DNA from: an uncultured bacterium
GTDB lineage: Bacteria; Bacillota_I; Bacilli_A; RF39; UBA660
Length of the DNA: 39,792 bases
NCBI GenBank assembly: GCA_949288335.1
Contig: CASEJU010000074.1
Coordinates: 1-39,792 of the forward strand
Direction: 5' to 3'
Positions 28,850 through 39,200 of this stretch are shown here, in pieces. Both the position numbers and the translations under genes were made by a program. The notes beneath the pieces were generated by a model, which worked only from the letters and a program-made list of their open reading frames with translations, was not told the origin of the DNA and ran no database searches. How positions within the stretch are numbered: position 1 is the stretch's first letter; every line of letters starts with the position of its first letter.

Positions 28850-28877
28850 AAAAAAACGACTAACAATTAGTCGTTTT
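28850..28877. repeat. Direct repeat copy 2 / terminator hairpin (contains the ftsH stop codon)
   Basis: aaaaaaaCGACTAacaaTTAGTCGtttt differs from copy 1 only at two loop positions. On the minus strand it is followed by U7, which makes it the ftsH terminator. Confidence 0.85.
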
Positions 28878-30852
28878 CTTCTTCCTCTTGTTTCAACTCA
28901 TTTGATAAGGCTTTTTTTAACTCATCTTTATTCATGGTTGAATAACCTTTAATACCTTTTTCTTTAGCCATTTCTTTTAGCTTTGGTAAGGTAACATCAT
29001 CTAGCATGTCTTCGTCTGGCATTTTTCCGTTTTCTGCTAAGTAATCGATTTGTTCTTTAGTTAAAGTTTCATGTTCAATTAATGATGATGCTATTAAATC
29101 AAGTAAATCTCTATTTTTCTCAATAAGTTTTTTAGCCTTTTCATAGCATTCATTAATTATCTTTCTTACTTCGTTATCTATTTCTAATGCTACTTGGTCA
29201 GAGAAGTTTCTGTTTTTATTGTAGTCTCTTCCCAAGAACGAACTTCCTTCTGGAGTTTCTAATTGTACTGGTCCAAGTGATGACATTCCATATTCTGTTA
29301 CCATACTACGTGCTATTTTAGTAGCCTTTGAAAAGTCGTTATGTGCACCAGTTGTTATTTCTCCAAACACAACTTCTTCTGCAACACGGCCTCCAAGTAA
29401 TCCCATAATTTGTTCTAATAATTCAGTTTTGGTTGCCGTATATTTTTCTTCCTTAGGAAGCATTAGGTTATACCCACCTGCTTGCCCACGAGGTATTATG
29501 GTTACCTTTTGAACATCATTTGCATTATCAAGCTTAATGCCTAGTACCGCATGCCCGGCTTCGTGGTATGCTACTAGTTTCTTTTCTTGCGGAGTATACT
29601 TTTTAGTTACCTTTGCTGGTCCCATTATTACCCTATCTATTGCCTCGTCTATCTCAGACATCGTAATAGCTGATTTTTCTCTTCTTACCGCAAGTAAAGC
29701 AGCTTCGTTAAGTAGGTTTTCTAAGTCCGCTCCAGAAAAACCAACGGTTCTTTTTGCAATGCTATCTAAATGTACGTTTTTAGATAAAATTTTATTTCTA
29801 GCATGAACTTTTAATATTTCTTCCCTTGCTTTCATTTCTGGTAAAGCAACGGTTACTTGCCTATCAAATCTTCCTGGTCTTAATAATGCTGGATCAAGTA
29901 CGTCAGGTCTGTTTGTTGCAGCAATAATTATAATACCTTCATTAGCCCCAAATCCATCCATTTCCGTTAGTAACTGGTTTAAGGTTTGTTCTCTTTCATC
30001 GTGTCCACCACCGATACCAGTTCCACGTTGACGTCCTACAGCATCAATTTCGTCTATGAAGATTAAACATGGTGCGTTTTGTTTTGCTTGTTTAAACATA
30101 TCTCTTACACGGCTTGCACCAATACCTACGTATAGCTCTACGAAGTCAGATCCAGAAATAAAGTAAAATGGTGCGTTAGCTTCTCCCGCAACAGCCTTTG
30201 CAAGTAACGTTTTACCAGTTCCTGGAGGACCTACTAAAAGTACACCCTTAGGTATTCTAGCACCTAATTTAGTAAATTTTTTCGGATTTTTAAGAAAATC
30301 TATTAATTCTTGTAACTCTTCTTTTTCTTCAGGTAATCCCGCTACGTCCTTAAACGTTACCTTACCTTTATCCGGATTAAGTTTAGCTTTGCTTCTTCCA
30401 AAATCCATTGATCCTTTTTGCCCACCAAGTTGTCTTGTAAAGAACCAAAATGCTAAACCAATTAAAATTATGTAAGGTAATACGTTCATTAAGAATATAT
30501 ACCAAGTAGATGAAGTTGGATCTGATTTAGATATTATCTTAAAATCTTTTTCTTCACTAGCTTTTACTATATCTTGTATAACAGTATCAGATAATGGTGT
30601 TTTAACACTAAATGTTTCACCTTGTTTTGCATCTCTTAAAGTACCGTTTAATTGGTAAGTATAAGCTGCAGTACTTGGAGTAATAACAACTTCTTTTATG
30701 TTATTTTTAGAAAGTGCCTTATTAAACTCGTTGTATGTTAATTCCTTATTCATGTCATTAGTCATGTTATAGAAAATCATTATTGCTATACCAATAACTA
30801 AAAGCATAAGATAAGGAAACATTCCCTTTTTCATATTTTGATTATTTTGCAT
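28867..30852 (-). CDS. ftsH: ATP-dependent zinc metalloprotease FtsH
   Basis: Two N-terminal TM segments are followed by Walker A GPPGTGKT, Walker B IIFIDEID-like (LIFIDEIDA), the SRH region and the HEAGHA zinc motif. Confidence 0.98.
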   Translation of the reverse strand: MQNNQNMKKGMFPYLMLLVIGIAIMIFYNMTNDMNKELTYNEFNKALSKNNIKEVVITPSTAAYTYQLNGTLRDAKQGETFSVKTPLSDTVIQDIVKASEEKDFKIISKSDPTSSTWYIFLMNVLPYIILIGLAFWFFTRQLGGQKGSMDFGRSKAKLNPDKGKVTFKDVAGLPEEKEELQELIDFLKNPKKFTKLGARIPKGVLLVGPPGTGKTLLAKAVAGEANAPFYFISGSDFVELYVGIGASRVRDMFKQAKQNAPCLIFIDEIDAVGRQRGTGIGGGHDEREQTLNQLLTEMDGFGANEGIIIIAATNRPDVLDPALLRPGRFDRQVTVALPEMKAREEILKVHARNKILSKNVHLDSIAKRTVGFSGADLENLLNEAALLAVRREKSAITMSEIDEAIDRVIMGPAKVTKKYTPQEKKLVAYHEAGHAVLGIKLDNANDVQKVTIIPRGQAGGYNLMLPKEEKYTATKTELLEQIMGLLGGRVAEEVVFGEITTGAHNDFSKATKIARSMVTEYGMSSLGPVQLETPEGSSFLGRDYNKNRNFSDQVALEIDNEVRKIINECYEKAKKLIEKNRDLLDLIASSLIEHETLTKEQIDYLAENGKMPDEDMLDDVTLPKLKEMAKEKGIKGYSTMNKDELKKALSNELKQEEEEND

Positions 30853-32181
30853 TTATATTTCCTCCTTGTAACACTTTAATATTATATCATAATTTCTATC
30901 TTTTGACTTATCGTATTTGGATTTTTTAAGCCCAGGAATCCATAAAACAACATCCCTACTATCAACCAAAACGGGATATTCATTTCTTTTTGAAACATCT
31001 ATTTTCTCATCAATAAAAATATCTTTTATTTTCTTTGACCCACCCATGTTTAAAACACTCATTTTATCACCGTCTTTTTTATTTCTAACGTATAAAGGTA
31101 ATTTAATTTCATCGTTTTTAAAACAAGTGGTATAATTTGACGTATCCGGCAAATTATCTATTTTTTTTATAACGAAATTATTAGGTAACTTTACATAATC
31201 ATCCAATTGATAGCAGTAGCTATTATACATTACTTTTTTATCGAAATATATCTTATTATAGGATCTTTTTATACACTTTTTAAGTGGCATTGATAGCTTG
31301 CAATTAGGTTTATCACCATTAATCATATTTAGTATCTTTAAAATATGATTATGATTAACGTTTTTTATATCTTCTTTATATTCTTCTAGTAAATAGCGTT
31401 CTATTACTTTCTTTTTAATCAAGTTATCTAATTTTTTTATTTTTTCTACGTTAATAACACCATTATCAACCACTTTTAAATAATGTTCATTTACTACTTT
31501 ATTAATATAATCATCATATTCTTCAAGCTCTTGTGAAAATTGCAAAAACTTTTTATGAACGTTTTTATTCTCTTTTTTTAACGATTTTAAAATGTTGTTT
31601 CTATATCTATTTCTGGTATACAAACTACTTTCGTTCGTTAAGTCAAGTGCGTATGGAATTTTGTTTTTATTACAATAATTTATTATTTGACTTTTAGATA
31701 AATAAAGAAGAGGTCTTATAATTTTATAACCCGAACGAATACTTTCTTTTCTTATTCCAACGTAGCCATTTACGTTTGCACCACGTACGATTCTCATTAA
31801 AATGGTTTCACTTAAATCATCCCCATGATGGGCCGTAAATAAGTATTTTGAATTGTATTTCGAAAGTAAAGTATCAAAGAACTCATATCTTTTTTTTCTT
31901 GCTTCTTCCTCACTAAAATTACCATTATCATACTTTTTTATTTTCATAAACTCAAAAATTATTTTATTTTTAACACAGTATTCTTTTAATAATTTAGCTT
32001 CCTCATCACTTTGTTTTCTATGGTTATGATGTACATGAGCACATATGATTTTGTTAGATCTATACTTATTCTTTAATAAGTTTAATAAAAACATAGAATC
32101 AGGCCCAAATGATACCGCAACTACTAAAACATCACTTTTTTTTATATTTAATGAATTTAAAAAGATTTCAACTTCATTCAT
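30853..32181 (-). CDS. tilS: tRNA(Ile)-lysidine synthase
   Basis: The PP-loop reads VAVSFGPDSMFL (SGGxDS type). The 442-aa length fits, and the gene abuts ftsH (stop at 30853, ftsH start at 30852). Confidence 0.88.
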   Translation of the reverse strand: MNEVEIFLNSLNIKKSDVLVVAVSFGPDSMFLLNLLKNKYRSNKIICAHVHHNHRKQSDEEAKLLKEYCVKNKIIFEFMKIKKYDNGNFSEEEARKKRYEFFDTLLSKYNSKYLFTAHHGDDLSETILMRIVRGANVNGYVGIRKESIRSGYKIIRPLLYLSKSQIINYCNKNKIPYALDLTNESSLYTRNRYRNNILKSLKKENKNVHKKFLQFSQELEEYDDYINKVVNEHYLKVVDNGVINVEKIKKLDNLIKKKVIERYLLEEYKEDIKNVNHNHILKILNMINGDKPNCKLSMPLKKCIKRSYNKIYFDKKVMYNSYCYQLDDYVKLPNNFVIKKIDNLPDTSNYTTCFKNDEIKLPLYVRNKKDGDKMSVLNMGGSKKIKDIFIDEKIDVSKRNEYPVLVDSRDVVLWIPGLKKSKYDKSKDRNYDIILKCYKEEI

Positions 32182-32280
32182 AAAATCACCTTAAGGTATA
32201 TTGTAACATAAAACTTCAAAAACACCATATTTAATATAATAATTTAATAATTTTTAAAAGATTAAATATTATACTTTGTA

Positions 32281-32309
32281 TTTACTTAGATAAATTAATA
32301 ATGTATAAT
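32281..32309 (+). promoter_or_regulatory. Plus-strand sigma-A promoter in the tilS-rpoC gap
   Basis: TTTACT (32281-32286), a 17-nt spacer, then TATAAT (32304-32309). No plus-strand ORF lies downstream. Confidence 0.55.
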
Positions 32310-32315
32310 TAACTT

Positions 32316-32351
32316 GAAGAAAGCACCTAACTTAAGGTTAGTAGCTTTCCT
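32316..32351. repeat. Inverted-repeat arm A
   Basis: Arm A reads gaagaaagcacctaacttaaggttagtagctttcct. The reverse complement of 32525-32558 reads gaagagcacctaaatgggttagtttggctttcct. Shared blocks are GAAGA, GCACCTAA, GGTTAGT and GCTTTCCT. Confidence 0.75.
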
Positions 32352-32404
32352 ATTTAACGGTAGGAAAAGGCGTACGTCCCTTATGGGATAGTACGCTTTT
32401 TCTT
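32316..32404 (+). ncRNA. Candidate small RNA (~89 nt) bounded by a promoter and an intrinsic terminator
   Basis: The predicted start lies 7 nt after the TATAAT. Hairpin 1 is GAAAGC-ac-CUAAC/GUUAG-ua-GCUUUC (32319-32349). A small CCUA/UAGG hairpin follows. The terminator is GCGUACGUCCC-uuau-GGGAU(a)GUACGC plus UUUUUCUUUU (32370-32405). It is convergent with the small ORF and ends at that ORF's stop codon. Confidence 0.5.
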
Positions 32405-32485
32405 TTATATTTTAAATATTAGTATTCCTAACAATAAAATTAAAAGGATAATTATTACTCTAAGAAAACTATTTTCTTGTTTCAT
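32405..32485 (-). CDS. 26-aa hydrophobic small ORF (candidate type I toxin-like membrane peptide)
   Basis: ATG at 32485 and TAA at 32407-32405. The peptide is MKQENSFLRVIIILLILLLGILIFKI. A strong SD (AAAGAGGTGA) lies 5 nt before the ATG. No convincing sigma-A promoter was found upstream. Confidence 0.4.
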   Translation of the reverse strand: MKQENSFLRVIIILLILLLGILIFKI

Positions 32486-32524
32486 AAATATCACCTCTTT
32501 TCATTCTTTTTTAGAATTAATCAG

Positions 32525-32558
32525 AGGAAAGCCAAACTAACCCATTTAGGTGCTCTTC
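32525..32558. repeat. Inverted-repeat arm B
   Basis: This is the reverse-complement partner of 32316-32351 (see arm A). It lies in the 5' leader of the small ORF. Confidence 0.75.
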
Positions 32559-32605
32559 AGTTTATATTTAGACGTTTCTTTTAAAATGCCCCTAAATTTT
32601 TTTAA

Positions 32606-32637
32606 AAACATAAAAAAGAAAGCTAAAATTAGCTTCC
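32606..32637 (-). terminator. Rho-independent terminator of rpoC
   Basis: The minus-strand RNA reads GGAAGCUA-auuu-UAGCUUUC followed by UUUUUUAUGUUUUU. It starts immediately after the rpoC stop. Confidence 0.75.
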
Positions 32638-35600
32638 TTAATCAGTTAATTGATCTTCTAACACGTCTAATGCATCGTCTTCTACTTGTTCACTTTCTAA
32701 CTTATATTTAACGTTAGAATAGTATTTAGAACCCGTACCAGCTGGTATTAATTTACCAAGTAATACGTTTTCTTTTAAACCGGTTAAATGGTCAACCTTA
32801 CCTTTTATTGCAGCATCAGTTAAGATACGAGTAGTTTCCTGGAATGAAGCCGCAGATAAGAATGAATCGGTCTCTAAAGATGCTTTTGTAATACCAAGCA
32901 TTATTGGTCTACCAGTTGCAGGTTTCTTTCCTTGAATGATAGCTTCTTTATTAATTTTAGTAAATTCATGCATAGAAACTAACTTGCCATCAACTAAAGG
33001 AGTTTCACCCGGATCAACAATCTTTATTCTAGCTATCATACGACGTGCAAGAATTTCGATGTGTTTATCTGAAACATCAACACCTTGTGATTTATAAACT
33101 TTTTGTACTTCCGCTAAAATATAGCTTTGAGCGGTAATTGGGTCAGTTACAGCAAGTAATTCTTTAGGATTAATAGAACCAACGTTAAGTTTATCTCCTG
33201 CTTTAACTTCTTGACCAACTTCTACACAAAGTTTAACACCATAGTTAGTTGTATGTTCTCTTGTTTCTACATCGTTAGTAATCTCAATTCTATATTTTCC
33301 ATTAAGATCATCAATCTTTGTTATTTTACCATTAATTTCCGCTATAGTTGACTTAGCCTTTGGAATTCTAGCTTCAAACAACTCTTGTACACGAGGTAAA
33401 CCTTGGGTTATATCTTCACCAGATGCAACACCTCCGGTATGGAAAGTACGCATCGTAAGCTGTGTTCCTGGCTCACCAATAGATTGAGCAGCCATAATAC
33501 CAACAGCCTCACCAATTTCAACAACGTTTCCAGTTGCTAAGTTTGTTCCGTAACAATGCTCACATACACCATTTTCCGTTTTACAAGTTAAAGCAGTTCT
33601 TATCTCAACTTCCTTAATACCTGCCTTATCAATTTTATCTGCGATAGGTTCAGTAATAAGTTCGTTTTTATCAATAATTAATTCCTTAGTTTCAGGATTA
33701 ATTACCTTTTTATTGGTAAATCTGCCCACGATACGTTCATGAAGAGTTTCTATTACGGTACCAGCATTCTCATCAATGAAAGCAGATACAACAACACCTT
33801 GATTAGTTCCGCAATCTTCTTCTCTTACGATAACGTCTTGAACAACATCAACCAAACGTCTTGTCAAATATCCGGAGTCTGCTGTTTTTAACGCCGTATC
33901 AGCATTACCTTTACGAGCACCATGAGTTGAAATAAAGAATTCTGATACTGATAAACCATCTATAAACGAAGATGTAACCGGAATTTCAACTGCCTCACCA
34001 TTTGGTTTAGCAAGTAATCCACGCATACCTGCAAGCTGTGTAAACTGTGATATGTTACCACGAGCTTTCGAGTTTATCATCATCATGATTGGATTATCAC
34101 TTGGAGCTTCAACCTTTGCTTTTAACTCAGCTTGAACCTTACTTGTAGCATCATTCCATACGGCACAAACCTTTTCGTAACGTTCTCTATCAGTTATTAA
34201 GCCACGACGATATTGTTTATTAATAGTATCAACAACTTTTTGTGATTCTTCAACGATTTCATGCTTATGCTCACTTGTTTCTACATCCGCAATTGATATT
34301 GAAATGCCTGATAAAGTAGAATACTTAAATCCCAAATCCTTTAAACGGTCAAGCATTATAGAAGTCTCGGTCGTTTTATAACGTTTGAATATTTGAGCTA
34401 TTATACTTTTTAAAGCACCTTGTGGAAATGGTTTTACAAGTGGCATTTCTTTTATTGCCTCTGGAATGTTAGTACCACGAGGTAAGAAATACTTCATCGG
34501 AGTTAAGTTCTCAAAGTTATCATCACTCGGTTCATTAATATATTGGAATCCATCTGGTAAAATCTCATTAAACTTTAACTTACCAACCGTTGTTACTAAA
34601 TACATTTCTTTTTGTTCATCAGTAAACATCTTATATTTTAATGATTTAGCTGGAAGCGCAATTCTAGCGTGAAGCGTAAGTTCTCTTCTTTCGTAAGCTT
34701 CAATTGCTTCGTTTGCGTCTTTGAACACCCTACCTTCACCTTCAACGCCAGCTTTCTCCATGGTTATGTAATAATTACCTAATACCATGTCCTGTGATGG
34801 TGTAACAATTGGTTTTCCATCTTTAGGAGATAAAATGTTATTAGCACCAAGCATTAATATTCTAGCTTCAGCTTGTGCTTCATCAGAAAGTGGTACGTGA
34901 ACAGCCATTTGGTCACCGTCAAAGTCTGCGTTAAATGCCGTACAAACAAGTGGGTGAAGTCGAATTGCTTTACCACTAACAAGCTTTGGTTCAAACGCTT
35001 GAATACCTAACCTGTGAAGCGTTGGAGCACGGTTTAACATTACTGGATGTTCTTTAATAACATCTTCTACAACGTCCCATACCCTTTCGTCTTGATTTTC
35101 AATTAATTTCTTAGCTGATTTTATGTTGTGAACTATATCTCTTTGCACTAAACCATGGATAACGTGTGGTTTAAATAGTTCAAGAGCCATTTCCTTTGGT
35201 ATACCGCATTGATACATCTTAAGCGTTGGCCCAACAGCAATAACAGAACGTCCTGAATAGTCAACACGTTTACCAAGTAAGTTTTGACGGAAACGTCCTT
35301 GTTTACCCTTTAACATACTTGAAATTGATTTTAAAGGCCTGTTAGAAGGTCCAGTTACGTTTCTTCCACGTCTTCCGTTATCAAATAACGCATCAACTGC
35401 TTCTTGAAGCATTCTTTTTTCGTTTTGAACAATAATTGAAGGAGCGTTTAGCTCAAGTAATTTCTTTAAACGATTGTTACGGTTAATAACACGTCTATAT
35501 AAATCATTTAAATCACTAGTTGCAAAACGTCCACCATCAAGTTGAATCATTGGCCTTAATTCTGGAGGTATAACAGGAAGTGCTGTTAATATCATCCATT

Positions 35601-36270
35601 CAGGTTTATTTCCTGATTTATCAAAAGAATCTAGTATATCAAGTCTTTTTAATAACCTTGTTCTTTTTTGTTCTGGAGCATCCTTTAATTCTTCTTCAAT
35701 TTTTGCAATTTCAGCCTTAACATCTATTTCCTTAAGTAATTTTAAAATAGCTTCGGCTCCCATACCTACCTCAAAAGTATTTCCATACTTTTCATAATAA
35801 GCACGATATTCTTTATCTGATAAAGTTTGTTTTTTCTCTAAAGGAGCAGCTCCCGGATTAATAACAACGTATGAAACAAAGTATAATACTTCCTCTAAAT
35901 CCCTTGGTGACATATCAAGCACTAATCCCATACGGCTTGGTACCCCTTTAAAGAACCAAATGTGAGACACTGGTGTTGCAAGTTCAATGTGTCCCATACG
36001 TTCACGACGAACTTTAGACTTAGTAACCTCAACACCACATCTATCACATACGATATCTTTGTATCTTAATCTTTTGTATTTTCCGCAAGCACATTCATAA
36101 TCCTTAGTAGGACCAAATATTTTCTCACAGAATAAACCATCTCTTTCTGGTTTTAAAGTACGATAGTTTATTGTTTCTGGCTTTTTAACTTCTCCATATG
36201 ACCATTCTCTGATTTGTTCGGGTGAAGCGATAGATATTTTAATTCCTTCAAATCTATTTGCATCAAGCAT
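32638..36270 (-). CDS. rpoC: DNA-directed RNA polymerase subunit beta'
   Basis: [12 protein letters not shown] is the catalytic motif, a zinc-binding CxC...CxxC lies near the N-terminus, and the length is 1210 aa. The ATG overlaps the rpoB stop (TAATG). Confidence 0.99.
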   Translation of the reverse strand: MLDANRFEGIKISIASPEQIREWSYGEVKKPETINYRTLKPERDGLFCEKIFGPTKDYECACGKYKRLRYKDIVCDRCGVEVTKSKVRRERMGHIELATPVSHIWFFKGVPSRMGLVLDMSPRDLEEVLYFVSYVVINPGAAPLEKKQTLSDKEYRAYYEKYGNTFEVGMGAEAILKLLKEIDVKAEIAKIEEELKDAPEQKRTRLLKRLDILDSFDKSGNKPEWMILTALPVIPPELRPMIQLDGGRFATSDLNDLYRRVINRNNRLKKLLELNAPSIIVQNEKRMLQEAVDALFDNGRRGRNVTGPSNRPLKSISSMLKGKQGRFRQNLLGKRVDYSGRSVIAVGPTLKMYQCGIPKEMALELFKPHVIHGLVQRDIVHNIKSAKKLIENQDERVWDVVEDVIKEHPVMLNRAPTLHRLGIQAFEPKLVSGKAIRLHPLVCTAFNADFDGDQMAVHVPLSDEAQAEARILMLGANNILSPKDGKPIVTPSQDMVLGNYYITMEKAGVEGEGRVFKDANEAIEAYERRELTLHARIALPAKSLKYKMFTDEQKEMYLVTTVGKLKFNEILPDGFQYINEPSDDNFENLTPMKYFLPRGTNIPEAIKEMPLVKPFPQGALKSIIAQIFKRYKTTETSIMLDRLKDLGFKYSTLSGISISIADVETSEHKHEIVEESQKVVDTINKQYRRGLITDRERYEKVCAVWNDATSKVQAELKAKVEAPSDNPIMMMINSKARGNISQFTQLAGMRGLLAKPNGEAVEIPVTSSFIDGLSVSEFFISTHGARKGNADTALKTADSGYLTRRLVDVVQDVIVREEDCGTNQGVVVSAFIDENAGTVIETLHERIVGRFTNKKVINPETKELIIDKNELITEPIADKIDKAGIKEVEIRTALTCKTENGVCEHCYGTNLATGNVVEIGEAVGIMAAQSIGEPGTQLTMRTFHTGGVASGEDITQGLPRVQELFEARIPKAKSTIAEINGKITKIDDLNGKYRIEITNDVETREHTTNYGVKLCVEVGQEVKAGDKLNVGSINPKELLAVTDPITAQSYILAEVQKVYKSQGVDVSDKHIEILARRMIARIKIVDPGETPLVDGKLVSMHEFTKINKEAIIQGKKPATGRPIMLGITKASLETDSFLSAASFQETTRILTDAAIKGKVDHLTGLKENVLLGKLIPAGTGSKYYSNVKYKLESEQVEDDALDVLEDQLTD

Positions 36271-39200
36271 TACTCTTCATCCCCTTCCATTAATGAGTCA
36301 TCTAACTCATCTAATTCATCTTCAATTTCTGCTTCATAATCGTCTTGTTCTTCTTGACTTTCAGCTTTCTCATCTTCATTAATTGCTTCTTCTTTTGATA
36401 TTACATCTACCGTTTCTTTTGGCTTGACCATCGAAACGTTATCTATTTCCTCGATTGATAAAGGTGTGCTTTCTTTATCTTCCTCTTCTTCAAGAGTCTT
36501 TACGTCTACTTCTTTTCCATCTTCGTTTATCATTGCAATGTTTAAACCTAAAGCTTGGAATTCTTTAATAAGTACACGGAAACTTTCTGGCACACCAGCT
36601 TGATCAACTGGTTTACCTTTAACGATTGATTCATATACCTTAACACGTCCAACAACGTCGTCTGATTTAACGGTTAAAATTTCTTGAAGTACGTGTGCAG
36701 CTCCATAAGCATAAAGCGCCCAAACTTCCATTTCACCAAATCTTTGTCCACCGAATTGAGCTTTACCACCAAGTGGCTGTTGCGTAACTAATGAATATGG
36801 TCCGGTTGCACGAGCATGAAGTTTATCATCTACCATATGGTCTAGTTTTATCATGTACATAACACCAACAGCAACACGGTTATCAAAAGGTTCACCTGTT
36901 TTACCATTATACAAAATCGTTTTTCCATCTGGATCCATACCAGCTTCTGCCATCATTTCTTGAATATCTTTCCATGAGGCACCATCAAATACTGGTGTTG
37001 CGGTATAAACTCCTAGTTTTTTAGCAGCCATACCCAAATGCATCTCAAGTATTTGCCCAGGATTCATACGAGAAGGAACACCAAGTGGGTTAAGTAATAT
37101 ATCAACCGGCGTACCATCTGGTAAATATGGCATGTCTTCTTGTGGTGCAACAAGTGAAATAACACCTTTGTTACCATGACGTCCAGCCATTTTATCTCCG
37201 ACTTGAATCTTACGTTTTTGAACGATGTACACACGAATTTCTTTTGATACTCCTGAAGGAAGTTCGTCAGAGTCCTTTTTCGTATATATCTTTATATCGT
37301 GAACAATACCAGCACCACCATGTGGAACGCGTAGTGATGTGTCTCTTACTTCACGAGTTTTCTCACCGAATATTGCATGTAATAATTTTTCTTCCGAAGT
37401 AAGTTCTACCATTCCTTTTGGTGTAACCTTACCAACTAAAATGTCTCCCTCTTTTACTTCGGTTCCAATTCTTATAATACCGTTAGCATCTAAGTTCTTA
37501 CGTGCTTCTTCGCTAACGTTAGGAATATCACGGGTTATTTCCTCAGGACCTAACTTAGTGTCACGACACTGAATTTCATAATCTTCTAAATAAATTGATG
37601 TTAAAACGTCGTCTTTAACCATTCTTTCGTTTAAAATAACAGCATCCTCATAGTTATAACCATTATAAGTCATAAATGCTACAACTAAGTTTTTACCTAA
37701 AGCAACCTCACCTTTATCAGTTGAAGGTCCATCAGCGATAATTTGACCACGCTTTACTTTATCCCCAACTCTTACGATTGGTCTTTGATGATAACAAGTA
37801 CCAGCGTTTGAACCCTCGAAGTTCTTTAGGATGTATATATCTTTTGCCTTTGCTGTTTTAACAATGATTTTTTTACCATCAACGTATTCTACAACACCAT
37901 CTGCTTTTGAAATAACACAAACACCGGAATCCTTGGCTGCTTGAGCTTCAACACCAGTTGCAACCAAAGGAGCTTCTGCCTTTAATAAAGGAAGTGCTTG
38001 ACGCTGCATGTTAGAACCCATTAACGCACGGTGCGCATCATCATGATCAAGGAATGGGATACAACTTGTTGTAACAGATACGATTTGTTGTGGTGATACG
38101 TCTATATAATCAATGTCTTTAGGTTTAGCAAGAATATTTTCTCCGTTATGACGAGCTGGGCAATGTTCTTGAACTATGGTGTTTCCATCCATCTCCACCT
38201 TTGCCTGAGCTATTATATGTCCATTTTCTTCATCTGCGGTTAAATAATCGATTTGGTCTTGTAACTTACCATCCTTAACCCTTCTATACGGAGTCATAAT
38301 GAATCCATAATCATTAACCTTAGCATAATTTGCAAGTGAAGTAATTAAACCTATGTTAGCACCTTCTGGTGATTCAATCGGACAAATTCTTCCGTAGTGA
38401 GATACGTTTACGTCACGTACTTCCATCGCAGCTCTATCACGAGAAAGTCCACCAGGTCCTAAAGCAGATAAACGCCTTTTGTTATTTAATTCTGATAATG
38501 GATTAATTTGGTCCATGAATTGTGATAACGGACTTGATCCAAAGAATTCTTTTATTACTGCCGTTATTGGTCTTATGTTTATTAAAGTCTTTGGAGTTGC
38601 CGTTTCAATGTCTAAAGTAGTCATACGTTCACGAATAACTCTTTCCATACGTGCAACACCAATTCTAAATTGATTTTGTAATAACTCACCAACTTGTCTT
38701 AAACGACGGTTAGATAAATGGTCTATTTCGTCAATTTGTCCAACGTTATTTAAAAGGTTCAAATAATATGAAACAGATGCATATATATCTGATATAGTAA
38801 GAGTTTTTACACCAAGCGACTGATCATTACCAATTACTTTTATAACCTTATCTGGTTCTACTGGTGAATATATATTTATAACTTGAACCATAGTATGATC
38901 ATCAAGTTCTTTATCCATGGTAGCATCTACCATACCATAACCATTTTCCAAAATTGGTTTTAAAGTTTCTAACACATCTTTGGTAACTTTGGTACCCTTT
39001 TTAATTACAACTTTTCCATCTACCGTTATGTCTTCAGCTAAAGTTTGATTTAATAAACGATCGATAACGTTTAATTTTTTGTTAAATTTATAACGTCCAA
39101 CCTTCGCTAAATCATACCTAAAGTTATCAAAAAATCTAGTTATTAACTGGTTTTTAGCACTATCAAGTGTAGCAGGCTCTCCTGGTTTTAATTTTTCATA

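Noticed and set aside
26743-28866. CRISPR array or cas genes associated with the two-HEPN protein
   Set aside because: The only noncoding DNA around the gene is about 30 nt and about 90 nt long. The only repeat is the 28-nt hairpin pair 2.1 kb apart. No spaced short repeats occur anywhere in the window, so a canonical Cas13 locus is not supported here.
32316-32404. tRNA, 6S, SRP or other known RNA family in the tilS-rpoC gap
   Set aside because: There is no cloverleaf or T-loop (GTTCGAATC-like) motif. The segment is too short and has the wrong architecture for 6S, SRP or RNase P RNA. It is treated instead as an unclassified candidate sRNA.
36273-36560. Long acidic C-terminal tail of RpoB (and the acidic tails of RpoE and RNase R) as something unusual
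   Set aside because: Acidic C-terminal extensions of RpoB and the D/E tail of the delta subunit are common in low-GC Firmicutes. They are not distinctive here.
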